DNA of 64,000 nucleotides from Patellaria atrata CBS 101060 (Eukaryota): contig MU006092.1 of assembly GCA_010093705.1 (NCBI GenBank), forward strand, positions 1,578,111 to 1,642,110, written 5' to 3'. This document shows positions 24,551-38,773 of the stretch, in pieces; position 1 is the first letter of the stretch; every line of letters starts with the position of its first letter. The notes under the pieces are model-generated. The model was not told the DNA's origin. It searched no databases and was given only the letters and a program-made list of their open reading frames with translations. The position numbers and the translations under genes were made by a program.

Positions 24551-25006
24551 CGAGTATTGGCGATTATAGGACGACGATTCTATTCAGCAGTGCGTTCCTA
24601 GATACGAGCATTCAAGTGAAATTACTGTCTAAATAAACAGAGTTTTGGGGATACTGTAGTATTGATATTATCTGCTACCATATCAGTTCTAGGATTTAAA
24701 ATTCATGAGAAGCCATTCCGACTTCAACATCAAGTCTCCACGACGTAGAACTGTCAGGTAGCAACTCCTACTTCCAATATTCACTACGGACGGTTTCATC
24801 CATTTTCCAATCAGCCATTGCCGAAGCAGAATAAGGATTCTTCAAAGAATGTCCTTTGTAAAAGTTATGATATCATACTCGCACGAAGAGCTAGTTCTAA
24901 ACCTCGGCAACCCAACGCCCCGCTCATACTCACCACCTAATGCTACACACAATGCCAGTCTGGGGCGATTCTTTTCAGGATACGACTCCTTTATTCGGGT
25001 CGTATC

Positions 25007-26359
25007 ATGCCCCATACTCTCATTGGGACAAGTTCTTCTTCGATAACAGCTATACAGAGATTACGCTACTGTACTGTACGGCCAACATCATCCATCGCTC
25101 GTGAAGCAGCGCAGTCAAGCTGGAATCAAAAGATTCAGATAAAACGCCGTATGGTAACTCCAAGAATGTATTCAAAGGACCATGTAAGAACCTCCACACA
25201 AATCTCGACCTCGCCTGGGGAAAAGACTGCTCCTGTACCCAGACCAAGCGCAAGGTTCAGTGAATCCCTCTGTTTGTACCAATGTCTCGCTGATCTTTCA
25301 TAGTGTGATTCTTGTTTCACATACGAATCAAGTCCTTCTCCTCCACAGAGTCAAATCTTCTAGCTCCTTCCCATCTGCTCACGTCTTCCCGGGGGGGAAC
25401 CTTTCCGAATTCCATGACGGCAGAATCCCAGGACCAGACCAACCTGGCCGGCACGACGACTCTGAACCGTACAGGCTAGCAGCTGTGAGGGAAACTTTTG
25501 AAGAAAGTGGAATCTTACTAGCCCGGAATCGTCAAACGGGGAGACTGTTGGAAATTAAGGAGAAAGAGAGGGAAGAAGGAAGACGTGCGGTTTACAGCGG
25601 AGACATCTCGTTTCCAAAATGGCTGCACAAATATGAAGGAGTAGCTGATATTGGTAAGTAACCAACGTCCCTATGTCCTTGAAGTATTTCAGGAGAAAAT
25701 TCGCTGACGACATGCTAGAGAATCTCATTCCTTTCACGCGGTGGGTGACACCAGCTTCTGTTCCTAAGCGCTTTACGACGCAAATGTATATCTACTTCCT
25801 TCCCGTTGGAGCGTTTAATCATGTTCCTGAACCTCCTCCATCTCAATCGGAAGACACCATCCTTGCAGACTCTGACGGGGAGATCGTAATTCCAACTCCT
25901 ACTCATGACGGTGGGATTGAACATACAGCCGCCCGCTTCCTCTCTTCGTCCGCATGGCTTTCCCGAGCGCGCACAAATAAAATAATACTATTTCCTCCCC
26001 AGTTCCTCCTCCTTTACCTTGTATCTTCGTTTTTCTCGTCGTCCGATCGAGATTTTTGCAGTAAACCAGCAGGTAGGGCAATGCTTGAGCGGCAACGGGG
26101 GAAGTTAAAAGAGTTCATACACTCGGGTGACCCACCTTGGGGTATTAAAGTTATAAGCCCACGCCCAGTAGCGAAGGCTCGAGATGGGAGGAGCATTCTA
26201 GATTTGAGTTGGTCTGGTGCGGAACTGGAAGGTTGTGGTAGGACTGGGGAGAAAGACCTTGTTGTCTTAACGAATTTTAAGAAAGAAGGACCTAGAGATG
26301 TAGATGTAATGAAGCGACTCGACGTTGATGTAGATGTAGGGAAGTTGTCGAGAATATGA
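25007..26359 (+). CDS. Nudix hydrolase, NUDT19-like (introns approx. 25255-25303 and 25654-25718; start codon uncertain: 25007, 25151 or 25166)
   Basis: Spliced PRPSASVILV; HVFPGG; AAVRETFEESGILL Nudix box; FTRWVTP..KRFTTQMY; LFPPQF. Confidence 0.9.
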
Positions 26360-26537
26360 AATGGGACTTTCCTCTCCATTACTCGTATTAAATTAGGAAG
26401 AAGAACAGTACCTTATTAATGGCTCGGAGAAATAGCGGCGGTGGGTCCTGTGGTCTGCCGTATTACAGTTAGGTACTTTTTTCTATGCATCTTCGATCGC
26501 TCTCGCAACCGACTATTCTGAGTCGATCAACTACCTA

Positions 26538-29500
26538 ATGTCCTCTAATCGTGTGATTTCCCCTATAATCACTTCGACCCTTTTTACGTTGCCCGAATCC
26601 AGGATATGTCCCCAATGTCGTTCGAAGCTTCGTCAACATTACTGGTCGATCAAGGGTTATAGGCGCCGATCGAGACTCTCGTCTCCGTCCATCAAAGCGT
26701 TTGGTGATGCATATAGTGGAAACCATAAAGAACGTCAAGAACATCTACAGTTGAGCGATGATCTTTCCAGAATATCGTTACCGTTTATACAGAACGTTGA
26801 AAAGAGGAGCGAACGACAAGTAGGGAAAAAAGATCAGCAGAGAGATCTGCTACCAAGGGCGTCGGCACTTTACATTACATCGACAATTCGCAATCGTTCA
26901 TCTCTCGCAGAATGGGAAATCAGTAACCAGATGTATTGGAGTGGACAGAGTGCCAAAAAGTGGAAAATCGTTGGAATCCAGCGCAGACCTCGTCGGGCAT
27001 TCAGTAGGACAGTCCATCGGCTGGCCTCAAATCACTATAGAGCTATACATTCAACAACGAGTGTGAGTAGATATCTGGAGAATCAATTACACGCCCCTAA
27101 TACCTCTTTTCTACTTATAGAGCCCCCCTGTTGCGGTGGAGGTGTTTCCATCATCCCTGCAGCTTCGAAGAACAAGTCGACTTTGGCATGGTCAAGATGC
27201 AATAACCATAAGGGAACGTTTGGCGCTATGGCAGAAGGAGAATGCTCAGTCGAATCAAAATAAATCAGATCCGCTAGGTACTGATATTTTTGACTCTTTT
27301 ACTGCTGACACTCGTTCAGAGGAGGCCTCTGCACAAATAGATGATGATTATATATCTGACTTAGAATATGAACTTACAAGTGCTACGAAATTCGAACCAG
27401 GCGACCTCCTTGAATTAAGGTATTCTTTTTCTAGTCCTCGCATGCCCAGTCACTAACTTCATGACACAGGGTCGGCATAGATAGAGATACACTCTTAGCT
27501 ATTCATATCCGAATCCTTGGCGAATTCAAGGAGTGCCTTACAATTACAGGAAAGACCGTTCAATACATGTATTCAGACGTTCACTTCACAATCAAACACT
27601 TTGTAGATCCAGCGGTCGTGAAGAGAATTATTCCACATCTTCCAGAGGAAGGGTTTACCAAAGAAGTAAGGGTCAAGTCCAAATATACGGATTTCAGCGC
27701 TCCCCGTACTGTCACAGCCCCTGTTGTTGAGAAACTCGTCGATCTTCAGAACGAAATTGAGGAAATATATCGCAAAAATGCATCCGTCCTTGACAATGCT
27801 CATGGCATTCTCGCACATCCTACCGAACTCCGGTTTGGATCCCTTGAGAGTATCGCACAAAAGTTGCTTGGGCCCACAATTAGGGTTTTAGACTACCCGA
27901 CGATCTTTGCGGTTCGCAAAGCTCTTCTTCGAGCTGGGTATGGAATCAGCTTTGATGAACGTTCCGCACGAAACTTAGCTGTTTATCGTATCAGACCTTT
28001 GATCCATGTTGAAGGAGTAGATAAGGTGGTGCAGTGGATTCGCTCCCATCAAGAGTACATATCAGCTACACAAAGCTTCGGGAACCGGAAGATTGAGATC
28101 TCGAATTACAGTGGAGCAAAAATAATTGAAAGCTTTGTATCGAAGGCAAGACTGCTCATCGAGCAAAGTCGACTGAACCGGAAGCCTATGAACGGTGGAC
28201 TTGGTCCAATCATACCTCAAACCCCGACTGGCGACTCCATACATTCCTCCCAAAATGTGATGATATCTATCAACAATTTCTCAGAGACGGACCGCTTAAT
28301 CATAGATTTTTTAACATCTTGGTGCATAGGTGATAAATTTCGCTATATTGGGAAGCTCCAATCTCTCGGGTCTATGGTCCTTCGCGCTGTTGGAAAATAC
28401 CAAGGGTTCGTGCTTGATGGCTCGACTGCCTGTTTATTCCTTCAAGAGTTAGGCGTTATCAGTCCGTTCACGAATCCTATAATGTTTGATGAAAACCTAC
28501 TATTGCCAGCTGCTAGACACTCTTTACAGCTCGAACAGTTACAGTCAAGAGTAGATAACATGGCTTATCAAGACGATCTTAGTTTCAATGATAGTATGAG
28601 TCATTTACGGAAAGATTGGAAAGATCTAGATGTTTACTGCATTGACGGGATAGGTGCTGAAGAAATCGACGACGGCATATCCTTAGAAAGGGTACCTGAC
28701 TCTGCGGATGTTTGGGTCCATATACACGTCGCCAATCCTACAGCTTTTTTTGACAGATCACACCTTTTGTCTAGAATGGCTGCGCACATGGCTGAATCGA
28801 TATATTTCCCGGAAAAGACCTTCCCGATGCTTCCAAAACCAGTAACCGCGAATCACTTCAGCCTAGCCCCTAATCGGCCTGTTCTGACATTCAGCGCGAA
28901 ACTAAATACAAAGGCAGAAATTTTAAAAATTGGGATATGTCCTGGAATCATACGGAACGTGATATCTCTGACACCACTTAACCTTGGGAAACTCCTGGGT
29001 CTACCTGATGCGAAAGGCTCGCAGATTAAGCTCACAGTTGGCAAGGGAGTTCTATGGAACTCTGATGAAGTAACTACTGACCATCCCCACGTCGACGTGA
29101 GTGAATCACAAAAGAAGGACTTACTCACACTGCTTGAATTGGTCACTCGACGCTATCAGAGAAGGTCTGGCGGCAGAGCTCTCGCCCAGATAATTGAAAA
29201 TACAGCAGAGGCATTTCCATACTACAACTCAACCATTGGGCCTAATCCCCAAATCATGCATACTACTAAACCCAGATATCAATCAGGAGACCCATTGATC
29301 CAACTTCAGGCGGTGGCACATAAGCCCTGGACCGACACAATGCATCTCATCACATCAGATCTCTTCGTTGGGGAGCTAATGGGAATGTGTGGCGAGATTG
29401 GGGCCAAATGGACCAAAGACAGGAATATCCCAATCATCTACAGAGGTGGTGGGACTCTAACTCAAGTCGATGAATACTGGAAATATCTCGATGAGATCAC

Positions 29501-30155
29501 TAATCTTGTGAACCAAAAGATCGAGGTGCCCCATTACGCTCAAGCTCACCTCCTCAGAATCATGGGAAGCGCCGTCGAATCTTCAACGCCGGTCCAGAAC
29601 AAAACCCAGGGATACCCACAATACGCGAAATTAACAAGCCCGTTGCGCAGATATTCAGATATGATAGGCCATTGGCAGATTGAAGCTGCATTAAGAGAGG
29701 AGCATGCGAGGGGCCATATGTTTTTAGGAACTACCGACAACCTTGGACTCCCATTTACGAAATCAGAAATTGACAGCATGATCCCCCGGCTAAACGTAAA
29801 AGCACGCCGCATAAAAAATGCCTCGAGGTTGAGCAGAGCTTTTTGGAGGACCCAATTCTTTTTCCGTGCTCATTACTTCAACCAGGCAGACCTCCCCGCC
29901 GAATATACTGCAGAGGTGTTGAAGATGTCAAAGGACGAAAGATCTTTCTGGGTTTGGATAAGAGAATTCAGTTTCCCTGCGTCGATGCGTTTACCAAGTT
30001 CGGGAAATGTCGAACTTGGTGATCTGTGGTCAGTCAAGCTTGTCGAAATCAATCCATATTTTCGTGAAAAGACTGTAGAACCAGTGAGCCTATTAAGGCG
30101 ACAACCCGATGAGGTTTTCTCAAAACTCAATCCATTCCAAGAGATTCGGTGGTAA
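26538..30155 (+). CDS. cyt-4: RNB-domain (RNase II family) protein, mitochondrial CYT-4/DSS1-like (exons approx. 26538-27062, 27121-27419, 27470-30155)
   Basis: Arg/Ser-rich N-terminus; LRKDW..VYCIDGIGAEEIDDGISL; VHIHVANPT; SIYFPE; TSPLRRYSDMIGHWQI. Confidence 0.88.
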
Positions 30156-32259
30156 ACATTTAGAGGGGCGTTAATGGGGTATAGGAGCCAGGACATGAGT
30201 TTTCAAGCGTTATGGGTATATTGGGTACCTGAAATTTTGTCGGCATTATTCTCGTGATAGGGTGTAGTTTTAGATAACTATCTGATGCAAACGGACAGCA
30301 TCCGAACTTCAGCGTCGTCGGTATGTCAGAATGACCTGGATAGATATCGTAGGGTAATAAGGCGAGGCGGCCAATTGAACATGATGAAAGGTATATCTCA
30401 CAGTGAGGCGGTATGTACTCCGTATCCAAACCAAAAGCCAAATTGTCGGGAGCGACCCCTTGCCCGCTAGTGAGGCTATGGTGTATGCTGTACTACAGTT
30501 GACGCTTTCTTGTGTGCTGGGAGTTTAAGGTAGTTTGCGTGGTGGTGTCTTCGGTGTTTTGTCCCACGCTTAGGTTGAGTGTCGTCGCGATCGGGCCTGG
30601 GGATCGCAGCATGAACGAATGAATGAATTCATCACCTTGGTCAGTGTTTGGTCTCTCGCTTTGACCGTTACTGCAGGTACTGTACTGTACGTACAATACA
30701 GTACGAGTATAGGTATCCCGTCGTTCAGAGTACATACATAAAATTATTGTACAGTACGGTATCATCAGAACTAAAAAAGGTATCTACTGTAAGTTCTAAT
30801 CCTACTGCACTGCACAGGATGACGCACGGCTGGCTAATTAAGGTAGAACTATGCATAACAGGCTCGTTTCCCGCCATGGCAATCCGTAAGGTGGTGCTTG
30901 ACGGCTCGTGATCGATAAGTAGAACTATAGGCTTTCAAAGGCTTGCTATGATTCATCACCGTCATAGTTCAACGAAAAAAGGTACCATAGGCCAACATCG
31001 TCTTGAAAGAGTTTGCAAGTTGGCTTTGAGCTGAGATCTATGCTTGGTTGAATTTCTTGTCTTGGTTTCCTCATCATCAGCCACCGTTGGCTATGTTTGG
31101 CTCATGTGTCAGTTCTCTTACAAGCTACGGAGTACATTTGTATATATTCTTCTCACTTTCTTCCATCAAACCGTCCCCCATCAGCCTATCACCTCAATTC
31201 CAGGCCGCTATGTCTTTCATTTTGACAAGCCACCATCTCCTGTCTACACAGATCTACCGTATGTACATTACTCCGTCGTGTTCGTACACTTTACTTGATG
31301 CCGCTCATCACACGCACAGACTTTCTCAACGAAGTTCCTTGCCATCCTTTCAATAACACCCTGTCAGCCATCGGACCCACAAAGGGATTAGCGCTCCAAG
31401 CGGAGATTAGCGAGCATGTCCTGCGCTCGGATGCAAGATCTTCGGCTCGCCGGGCGGCAGGTACCCTTGTGAGGTACTGTACTTTTCGGGATATACACTC
31501 CGTAACCCTCTTGATATCAAACCCCCAAAACCCGACTCTCTGGCAACCCCGTCACACACCCACGCAGGAAATCTGAGAGGCGTTGATGCGTGCAAGATGC
31601 AACCTCCCACTCGGGTCCAACCCTACCATTGGCGGTTTTCCAATCCTGAAGCGGGTCATTGGTCCTACTCGACTCCTGTTAGTTGACGACTTGGCCAGGA
31701 GGCCAGAAAGACACATAACTTTTGTAGGCCGACGGCACCGCTTCACTCACCGCTGATGGACCACTCTTACACAATGAAATTCGTAACACTGGATCCCTAA
31801 CGTAGTCTTTGGCGTACCTCTCGTGACCACAGGGGAGCAACCCTCGAGACGTTGTCTGCCAGTAGAACCTACACGCCGGAAACTTTACGCCTTGCATATT
31901 TTTAACTAAATCTCTCGGGACTTGTAATACATAATGGGCCAGCTTCAACCTGGTTGTCGGAATCGCCAAGGCAGAATGATTTGAGTTTTTGTTCGTCGCA
32001 GTTGCTGATGCTCCTTCCTCTATGGGAATCTCTTTAATGTTTAGTGATCATGTAGATTTAGAGTGGTGTATCGATATTCCGTATATCGAGCTGTACGTGT
32101 GATGTATGTTTTTAGCATCTGTATATGTGGTCGAGCATGTCCGAAAGAGAACTTCAACAATTCCTTGTGTTCTGCTGTCATCTCTCCTTCAGTCTTAGAT
32201 ATCTTGATCGTCCGATTATTTCACCTGATTTATAGGGCAGTATCGACAAAAATTGGATT

Positions 32260-34954
32260 ATGAGCAACCGTCCTCCATCCTCTGCGGCACCACCGAGCTC
32301 GACCGATGATGCTGACAACAATACGGATTCAGCTCGGGCGTCACAGTCGGACCCTGTCAGGAAGAGGAAACAAGATCGTCAAAAGTTATCTTGCACAAAG
32401 TGCCGTGACCGCAAGGTAAAGGTAGAGTATCATACGATAATAAAAAGGTCCGTTCGAAGCCCTATACTAACTAACTCTCCAGTGTGATCGCACAAAACCG
32501 TGCTTTGCATGTTGTGCTCGGGGACATCCCAAAGAATGCCATTTTGTCGTTGCGGAAGGAAGTGACTATGGCCCCATTCAGCAGTCATACGAAATCCGCA
32601 AGTTACGAGAAGAAAACGAGACCATGAGGAAACGATTGCAAGAGCTCGGAGGTCAAACTGGATCAGATGATGACCAAGTATCTCTGCCCCTATTACGCAC
32701 TTCTAGTGGGATGGGAAGCACGCGTCGAAATAGCCGCAAACAAACAAACCTTGCGCAACAGAAGTTCAAAGCCCAGGAATTGCCGCAAAGTCTTTATTTT
32801 GCGAGTCCAGGGATAGCAAGTATCGTTAATAACGTACGTCATCCGCTGTCTAACGTAAAAGGGGATAATTCTGTAGGCCCGTGATAATAATGACCATAGT
32901 TTGCCAACCTCACTGTGGGTCCTAAGTCTTTGACACAATCAGTATCTCTAGACTTGGATATCTACACAGCTCACAATGGTCCCGCTTACCCCTTTGCCAC
33001 CATGTGGAAAGCTACGCCTCAAGAATGCATCCCTACACTGCTTAAATGCTTGCCTCCGAAGGAGGAGATACGGGACCACCTCCGCAGTTTTCAGACGCGT
33101 GCGCAAATGCTATCATTCCCATACCTACCAGAAGAAGTTACCCATAAAGAGGTCGAACACTTTCTTGCCGACGCAAAGAGAAACGTAGAACTGTTCCCTG
33201 ACCGGCTGGCGATGATATTCGCTGCGTTAGCTTTAGGGGCGCAATCGGGTGTTTTCGACAAGCAGGGGGGGGAATGGGTTGAGAAAGCCATGGACCGCGA
33301 AATCTCGAAATGCAACGTATTTAGTAAGAATCAGAACCAGTCTTCTCGTTCTAGAACGTGTACTGATATATCTCTGGTGTAGTCGCCGCGTCAATGCAGG
33401 CTTTACGGATGTCTTCTTTCATGAACCGACCCAATCTAATCAGCGTCCAAACCCTTGTTATGCTCGGACCGTATCTGACGAATTCTGGGCGGTTTTTGGA
33501 TGCTTGGACGCTTTTCGGCACAACGATTCGCCTAGCCCATTCAATCGGCCTCCATCGAAACCCGAGATACATCGACCCGACCCCTTCACCTCGGGAAGCA
33601 GCGATTCGCCAGACCCTTTGGTGGTGGATGCTGCAGATGGACGAATCTTACTCTATCACCCACGGGCGGCCCCTTGGGATTAGTTCGATAGGGGATTGCC
33701 CGCCACCCGAACCTTTGACGAGTAATCCGACACTTGTGAGGTTGGGGGAGTACGTTAATCAGTTCACGTTGCTATCAAGACAGATTTTGAGCACAGAGAT
33801 TTTGACGAGTTCACTTATTGATGAGTTTACGGATGCATTGTGTCGGCTGTGGGATACGGTACCGGAAAGTGTCAGGTTTGAAGAGGCGTGGCTAGCCAAT
33901 TGTGGGAAGAAGGGTGAAGACGACCTAGACTGGCCTTTGGACGCTGTCTCAGCAGGTAAGTTTCCCATTGCCTTTCAATGGGCTTTAGAGAATATTTGTG
34001 TTAACTTAAGATTTCTCAGTCCTATACGCCAAAACAAACAACACCCTCATCCTCTTAAACCGTCAACGTCATGATAGCGCCTCTCACCCCGCATCCCCCT
34101 CAGCCTCAAACTCTCCAATCGTTCCCTCCGTGCTACCTAACAGCAGCCGCTCCTCAACCCGCTCTATCCGCCCCTCCTCCGCCTCCTCCTCTTATGCAAC
34201 ACCTGTAGCCCCAAACCCCCAATCTACGACCACTCCTCCTCGCGGCCATATCCTCGTACTAACATCCTGCGTCTCTCTCCTAACAGCATTCTTATATACC
34301 TTCCATCACTGTCCTGCCGCCTTCATATGCTGGGGCTTTTGTCAGCAGGCATTCAATGCCTGCACCATCATCTTGCTCGATGCGCTCGAGACGGGAAATC
34401 TAGACCGTCTGCCGCGGGTCGAGCAAGCCTACGCGGTTTTCATGATGTTGGCGCGGTGTGGGGTTCACGGCGTCGCAGGGGAAGCGGTGGGGAGGATCGG
34501 AGAGGGAATCAGAAGGTGTCTAGAGAAACAGCAGAGAGGAGAAAGCGTTGATATTGGGCTCGGGAGGGAACAGCCCGGTCCTTCAAACCACCCACCCACC
34601 CTATATGCCGGCAAAGCGACCACTCAACACCCCTTCTCAAACCCGGTGCCCGGCGCAGTATACTCTCCTCACCCACTCGCCCCCCCATCCTTCGATCCCT
34701 CGTTTATCCCAGGTTCCGGTTCCTCGTCCCCGACAACGCTCAAACGCACGCATGGTCTTGATGCAGATGCCTCTCCGAGAGCGCCGATGGCGAAGAGGCC
34801 GCAGATGGCGAGGGCGAGTCATAGTTTTCCGCCTGTGGTGCCAAGTCCGCTTAGTACTGGCGATGTACACATGATGGAATGGGAAGACGAAGAGCAGGAG
34901 ATGATGAAGCCCGCAGGAGGTTATGGGAGGGGACGCGGGCGGGGAATGGGGTAA
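32260..34954 (+). CDS. Zn(II)2Cys6 transcription factor with fungal TF middle homology region
   Basis: CTKCRDRKVK|CDRTKPCFACCARGHPKEC across intron 32422-32482; RLAHSIGLHRNP; RQTLWWWMLQMD..SITHGRPLGI. Confidence 0.93.
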
Positions 34955-35317
34955 GAGTCTCCACAAAAAAAGTGTAAATAGGTGATTAGAGGGTTGGTCG
35001 AGGCGGATGGAGAGACTTAGAGGGGAACGGAGAGGAGACTAGGTAAATAGATATAGATATTTCGGTTATTTGTAAAGCATATCTAATCTTATCTTAATCG
35101 GTAGAAAGAGTCTTTGAGCGTGCGGTTGGGAAGCCCGGGCAAACTCTAGCTTAAAACCTTTCCTCTATGTGAGATGGAAAAAATTCGACTTAACTTGTAA
35201 CTTCGATGGATATTACATTTCAAAACGAATCGAATTGTATATTTATGCTCAAATTGGACTCGGTTATGCTCTTTTAGCATTATTTTCTTGTTAACTCCAG
35301 GAGGATCATTCGCAGCA

Positions 35318-36982
35318 TCACACGTTTATCACCATTCCAATTCCAGCCCAAAACTCACACTTTTCCCGCAGCTTTACGATCAGTAAATTCTCGAACGCGT
35401 CCTGATCAATCACGAACTCCTTCCCCTCACTAACAAGTGGCAATCCTGGTTGGTCCTCCGGCGTCAACTTATTTTGGTTAGGATCACCCGTTTGGATGAT
35501 GCTAGCAAAAGCTCCCGTGAAGCCTTTGTACGTCAACAGGTGATCTTGTAGGTCCGGATTTATCAAATGCCACTATATTGTTAGTCTCTTTTCACCTGAT
35601 TTTCATGAAAGGAGAGGGTGGAGGGTTACATAAAGATAATCACTAGCATGCTTCGCCGGCGCAATGGTGTATTCCGCTAGATATCCCTTACTAGCTGCCT
35701 TGGATGTCCAGTAAGCGGGACACGCGAGAACAACGTCACGGTATATAAGTCCCGCGCGAAGCTCTGTGGTGTTGTAGCTCATGGTCTCTGTTTGACCCGC
35801 GGGTGGGTATAGCCGATTTACGGATACGATGTGCGAAGAGTTCAGTTTGGGAAGGAAACCTCGGAGCCAGTCGTCAAAGCCAGCACTGGTGGAGTTGAAA
35901 GAGCCGGTTACGTTACTATTGAAACCGGGTGGCATGAAGGTTTCGCCTTCGTGCGAATTATATATGGTAAGAACGGTATCTACGTTGATTTGTCCCTTGA
36001 GAACAGTATCAGTGAGAGATTCCTTGATAAATACACCGTCGATGACGGGTGCCCAAGTATACGTGCTCGTGGTGTATGTATGACTCCCTACGATCGCTTG
36101 ACTCGCATCTCTGATTTTCTGTGGGTCAACTGACTTCAAGCATGCTAGTGAGTCCGTGTATAGATCACAGCCAGTACGCATTACCATCTGTAAGAAGATA
36201 TCATCAGCTTCTGGGTCGTCGTACTGGTAGGTCTTCGGCCAGAACGGAGAGCTAGCGATTGCTCTTGAGAATAGCTTAGGGCTTGTGCTTCCACCATTCG
36301 CTATTACTTGGGCGATGACAGAACCACCACCTGCAGATTGCCCCCAAATAGTAACTCTCTCAGGATCGCCCCCGAACTTGGAGATATACTTTTGAACCCA
36401 CTGAAGGACGAACTGTTGGTCCAATAGTCCCACATTAAGATCGGCCATGCCCCCGGATGCTCTCACCAATTTTCCCGGTAGGAAACCGAAGGCATTGAGG
36501 CGATAGTTGGGATACACGAGGATAAAATCGTTCGTATTACTCACATTCAGGATAGGATATCCTGAGGGTGGGATCGTGAATGGTCCACCGCCTCGAAAAA
36601 ATCCACCACCATGAAATGCGACGAATACGGGACGAGCCTTGTCGTCGGGAGTCCACGGCCGGGAGTATAGGCCAAGGTACAAACAGTCCTCACTCCCGTT
36701 CGTTGCGTCTTGGGGGCACACATTGAATGGTTGGTCGGTCTCGTACGGATCGATCTCCTGTGCGGGAGGCTGCGGTCTCCGGAATCGGTTTTCTCCAGTT
36801 GGAGGTGCTGCATATGGTATCCTGCGGAAGTAGGATAAGTTGTAAGAGGCATCGTATTTACCAATAAGATTGATATAATCAAGATTTATTACCGGATCTT
36901 CGAATGCAGAAACAGTTATGAATAATGAAGGAGATAGACAGACAAGGCATAAAAGAAGCCGGAGCGTAATTAACGGCCCCAT
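35318..36982 (-). CDS. Secreted type-B carboxylesterase/lipase (one intron near the 3' end, approx. 35629-35573)
   Basis: Signal peptide; IPYAAPPTGENRF; SEDCLYL; FHGGGF; NYRLNAFGFL; FGGDPERVTIWGQSAGG. Confidence 0.95.
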
Positions 36983-38344
36983 AATTGGGATAGATGAGAT
37001 CTCTCGATGTACGGGGACAATTGGAGAAACCAGAGACGATTATGAAGGAGAAACTCTAAAGTACTATTTGGATCACAACCAGAATCATGATGCCTATATT
37101 ACGGAACAGGGGAAGGGTTGAGATGCAAACCAATATTGATAGAGTATCAACAAGCTTCATTGCGAGTAGCACGCGGATTGCTAAATGGTAGAGGCGGCTA
37201 GGGATTTACGTTCACTCAAGATTTGCTTAAGCAGAATTGAGTGCCCGTCAAATCATCCATATAACGCACCCCTGAATTTACATTGATATTTAGACGAACC
37301 CCCCCGCCTGGCCCTTCTATCTGGGAAATTTTTGACAGATCAACCGAGGAAACGGATGTAAAAATTGGACTGACGAACAGTGACCCAACACCTTGGCGCT
37401 ACGATGATAATAGGCGGTAGATAGAAGGAAGATAGAAGTGATCAGTGGGAGGGAGACGGAGGGTTGACAACCTGGCTAAGGAAAAGGAGACGAAGATTAC
37501 ATATGTACGAGCTTTTGGCTTCAAATGGGAGTAAACCTAAGGGACCTCGGGAAAGGCGCACCGTGGACTATTGATGGTCCCATATCTCACTATATTTGTA
37601 AACATGTTCTAAGTGATAGGGGATATTTGGCGGAGATGTTGTGTTCTGATAAGGACTAAAGGGAGGTGAAGGTGGCGGGAAGAGACAAGGACCTGGATTT
37701 CCACTCCTCTTCCAACTTCGACGTAACCAGAATCTCACCGAATAACACAAAAAGAGGGACAAACATGATAGATTGATATAGGAATGGACATATTTTCAAA
37801 TACAAGGTATAGTTTAGATGGTTTAGGTGGAGAATGAGATGAAGAGATGAAGAGACGGAGTTCTTTAAAAGTTTCCTTTAAGTGCTCTTACCTTGAGGAT
37901 AATTTTGCTTCACCACAGTCATTCCTTCCTTTTACAGAAATAGAATTTTTATTTTACAGTATCTTACCTTAGGTTATCATTATCACTCCCGTCAGTATTC
38001 CGACTTTATGCCACATCATCATTCATCTCAAGTCATACCTTACCGTTACAGATAATTTTCAGAGCATAAAAGTCATTGATATTGATATCGCTACTTGACA
38101 CATTCCACACTTGTAACCTCAACACGCGTGACCGACATTACCTCCGCATTCCTTACCCACTCCGTCACCTGTGTCTATCAAAGCTTACATCAACTCCTTT
38201 GGATATTCTACCACCGCGACGTTCTACAACGATCAAATTGCGCCCTCGTTCAAAGCACACGATCATCGATCCTCTCCCGAGCCCAGTCAATCCTCAGGCG
38301 ATCAACGCGTCAATTGTCCACGCAACCGTTCTCCATTCCCCATC

Positions 38345-38773
38345 ATGGGCAACGTCCTAGATCCTAATTTCTGGCGCCGCTTCTCCGCTGCCGTGCACCA
38401 AGATGAAGAAGCCCAGAAAGCCCGCACCCGCGGAGGGAGTTCTGCATCTGAGTCAACATCTGCCTCCCAACCACATTCAGATCATTCGTGAGTATCCCAC
38501 CACCAAGAACTCGCGCTTCCCATTCCGCCCTCTTAACGCTAGCGTGCTCCTTGCTATATATCGCTCCACTCGCAAGACCTTTAATCTTCTTTGCTGACTG
38601 TATGTAGAGATTCCTGGCTCGAGCGCCAAAAGCGCAAGAAATCCCGCCGTACTTACATCTGCTGGACCTTCTGGCTTTGCTTTGCGATTCTCGTCGCGGG
38701 TTTAGTTGCGGTCATAATCTGGCTGAAGAACAAGGGCGTATTTAACAAAGATCTTTTTGATAAGGGTGAGTAG
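38345..38773 (+). CDS. Small conserved-looking fungal protein with a single C-terminal TM helix (exons 38345-38487, 38608-38773)
   Basis: MGNVLDPNFWRRFSAAVHQDEE; intron gtgagt..gctgac..tag; SDSWLERQKRKK followed by a hydrophobic helix. Confidence 0.75.

Noticed and set aside
32260..36982. Zn2Cys6 factor and carboxylesterase as members of the terpene cluster
   Set aside because: More than 20 kb away and separated by housekeeping genes; no evidence of linkage
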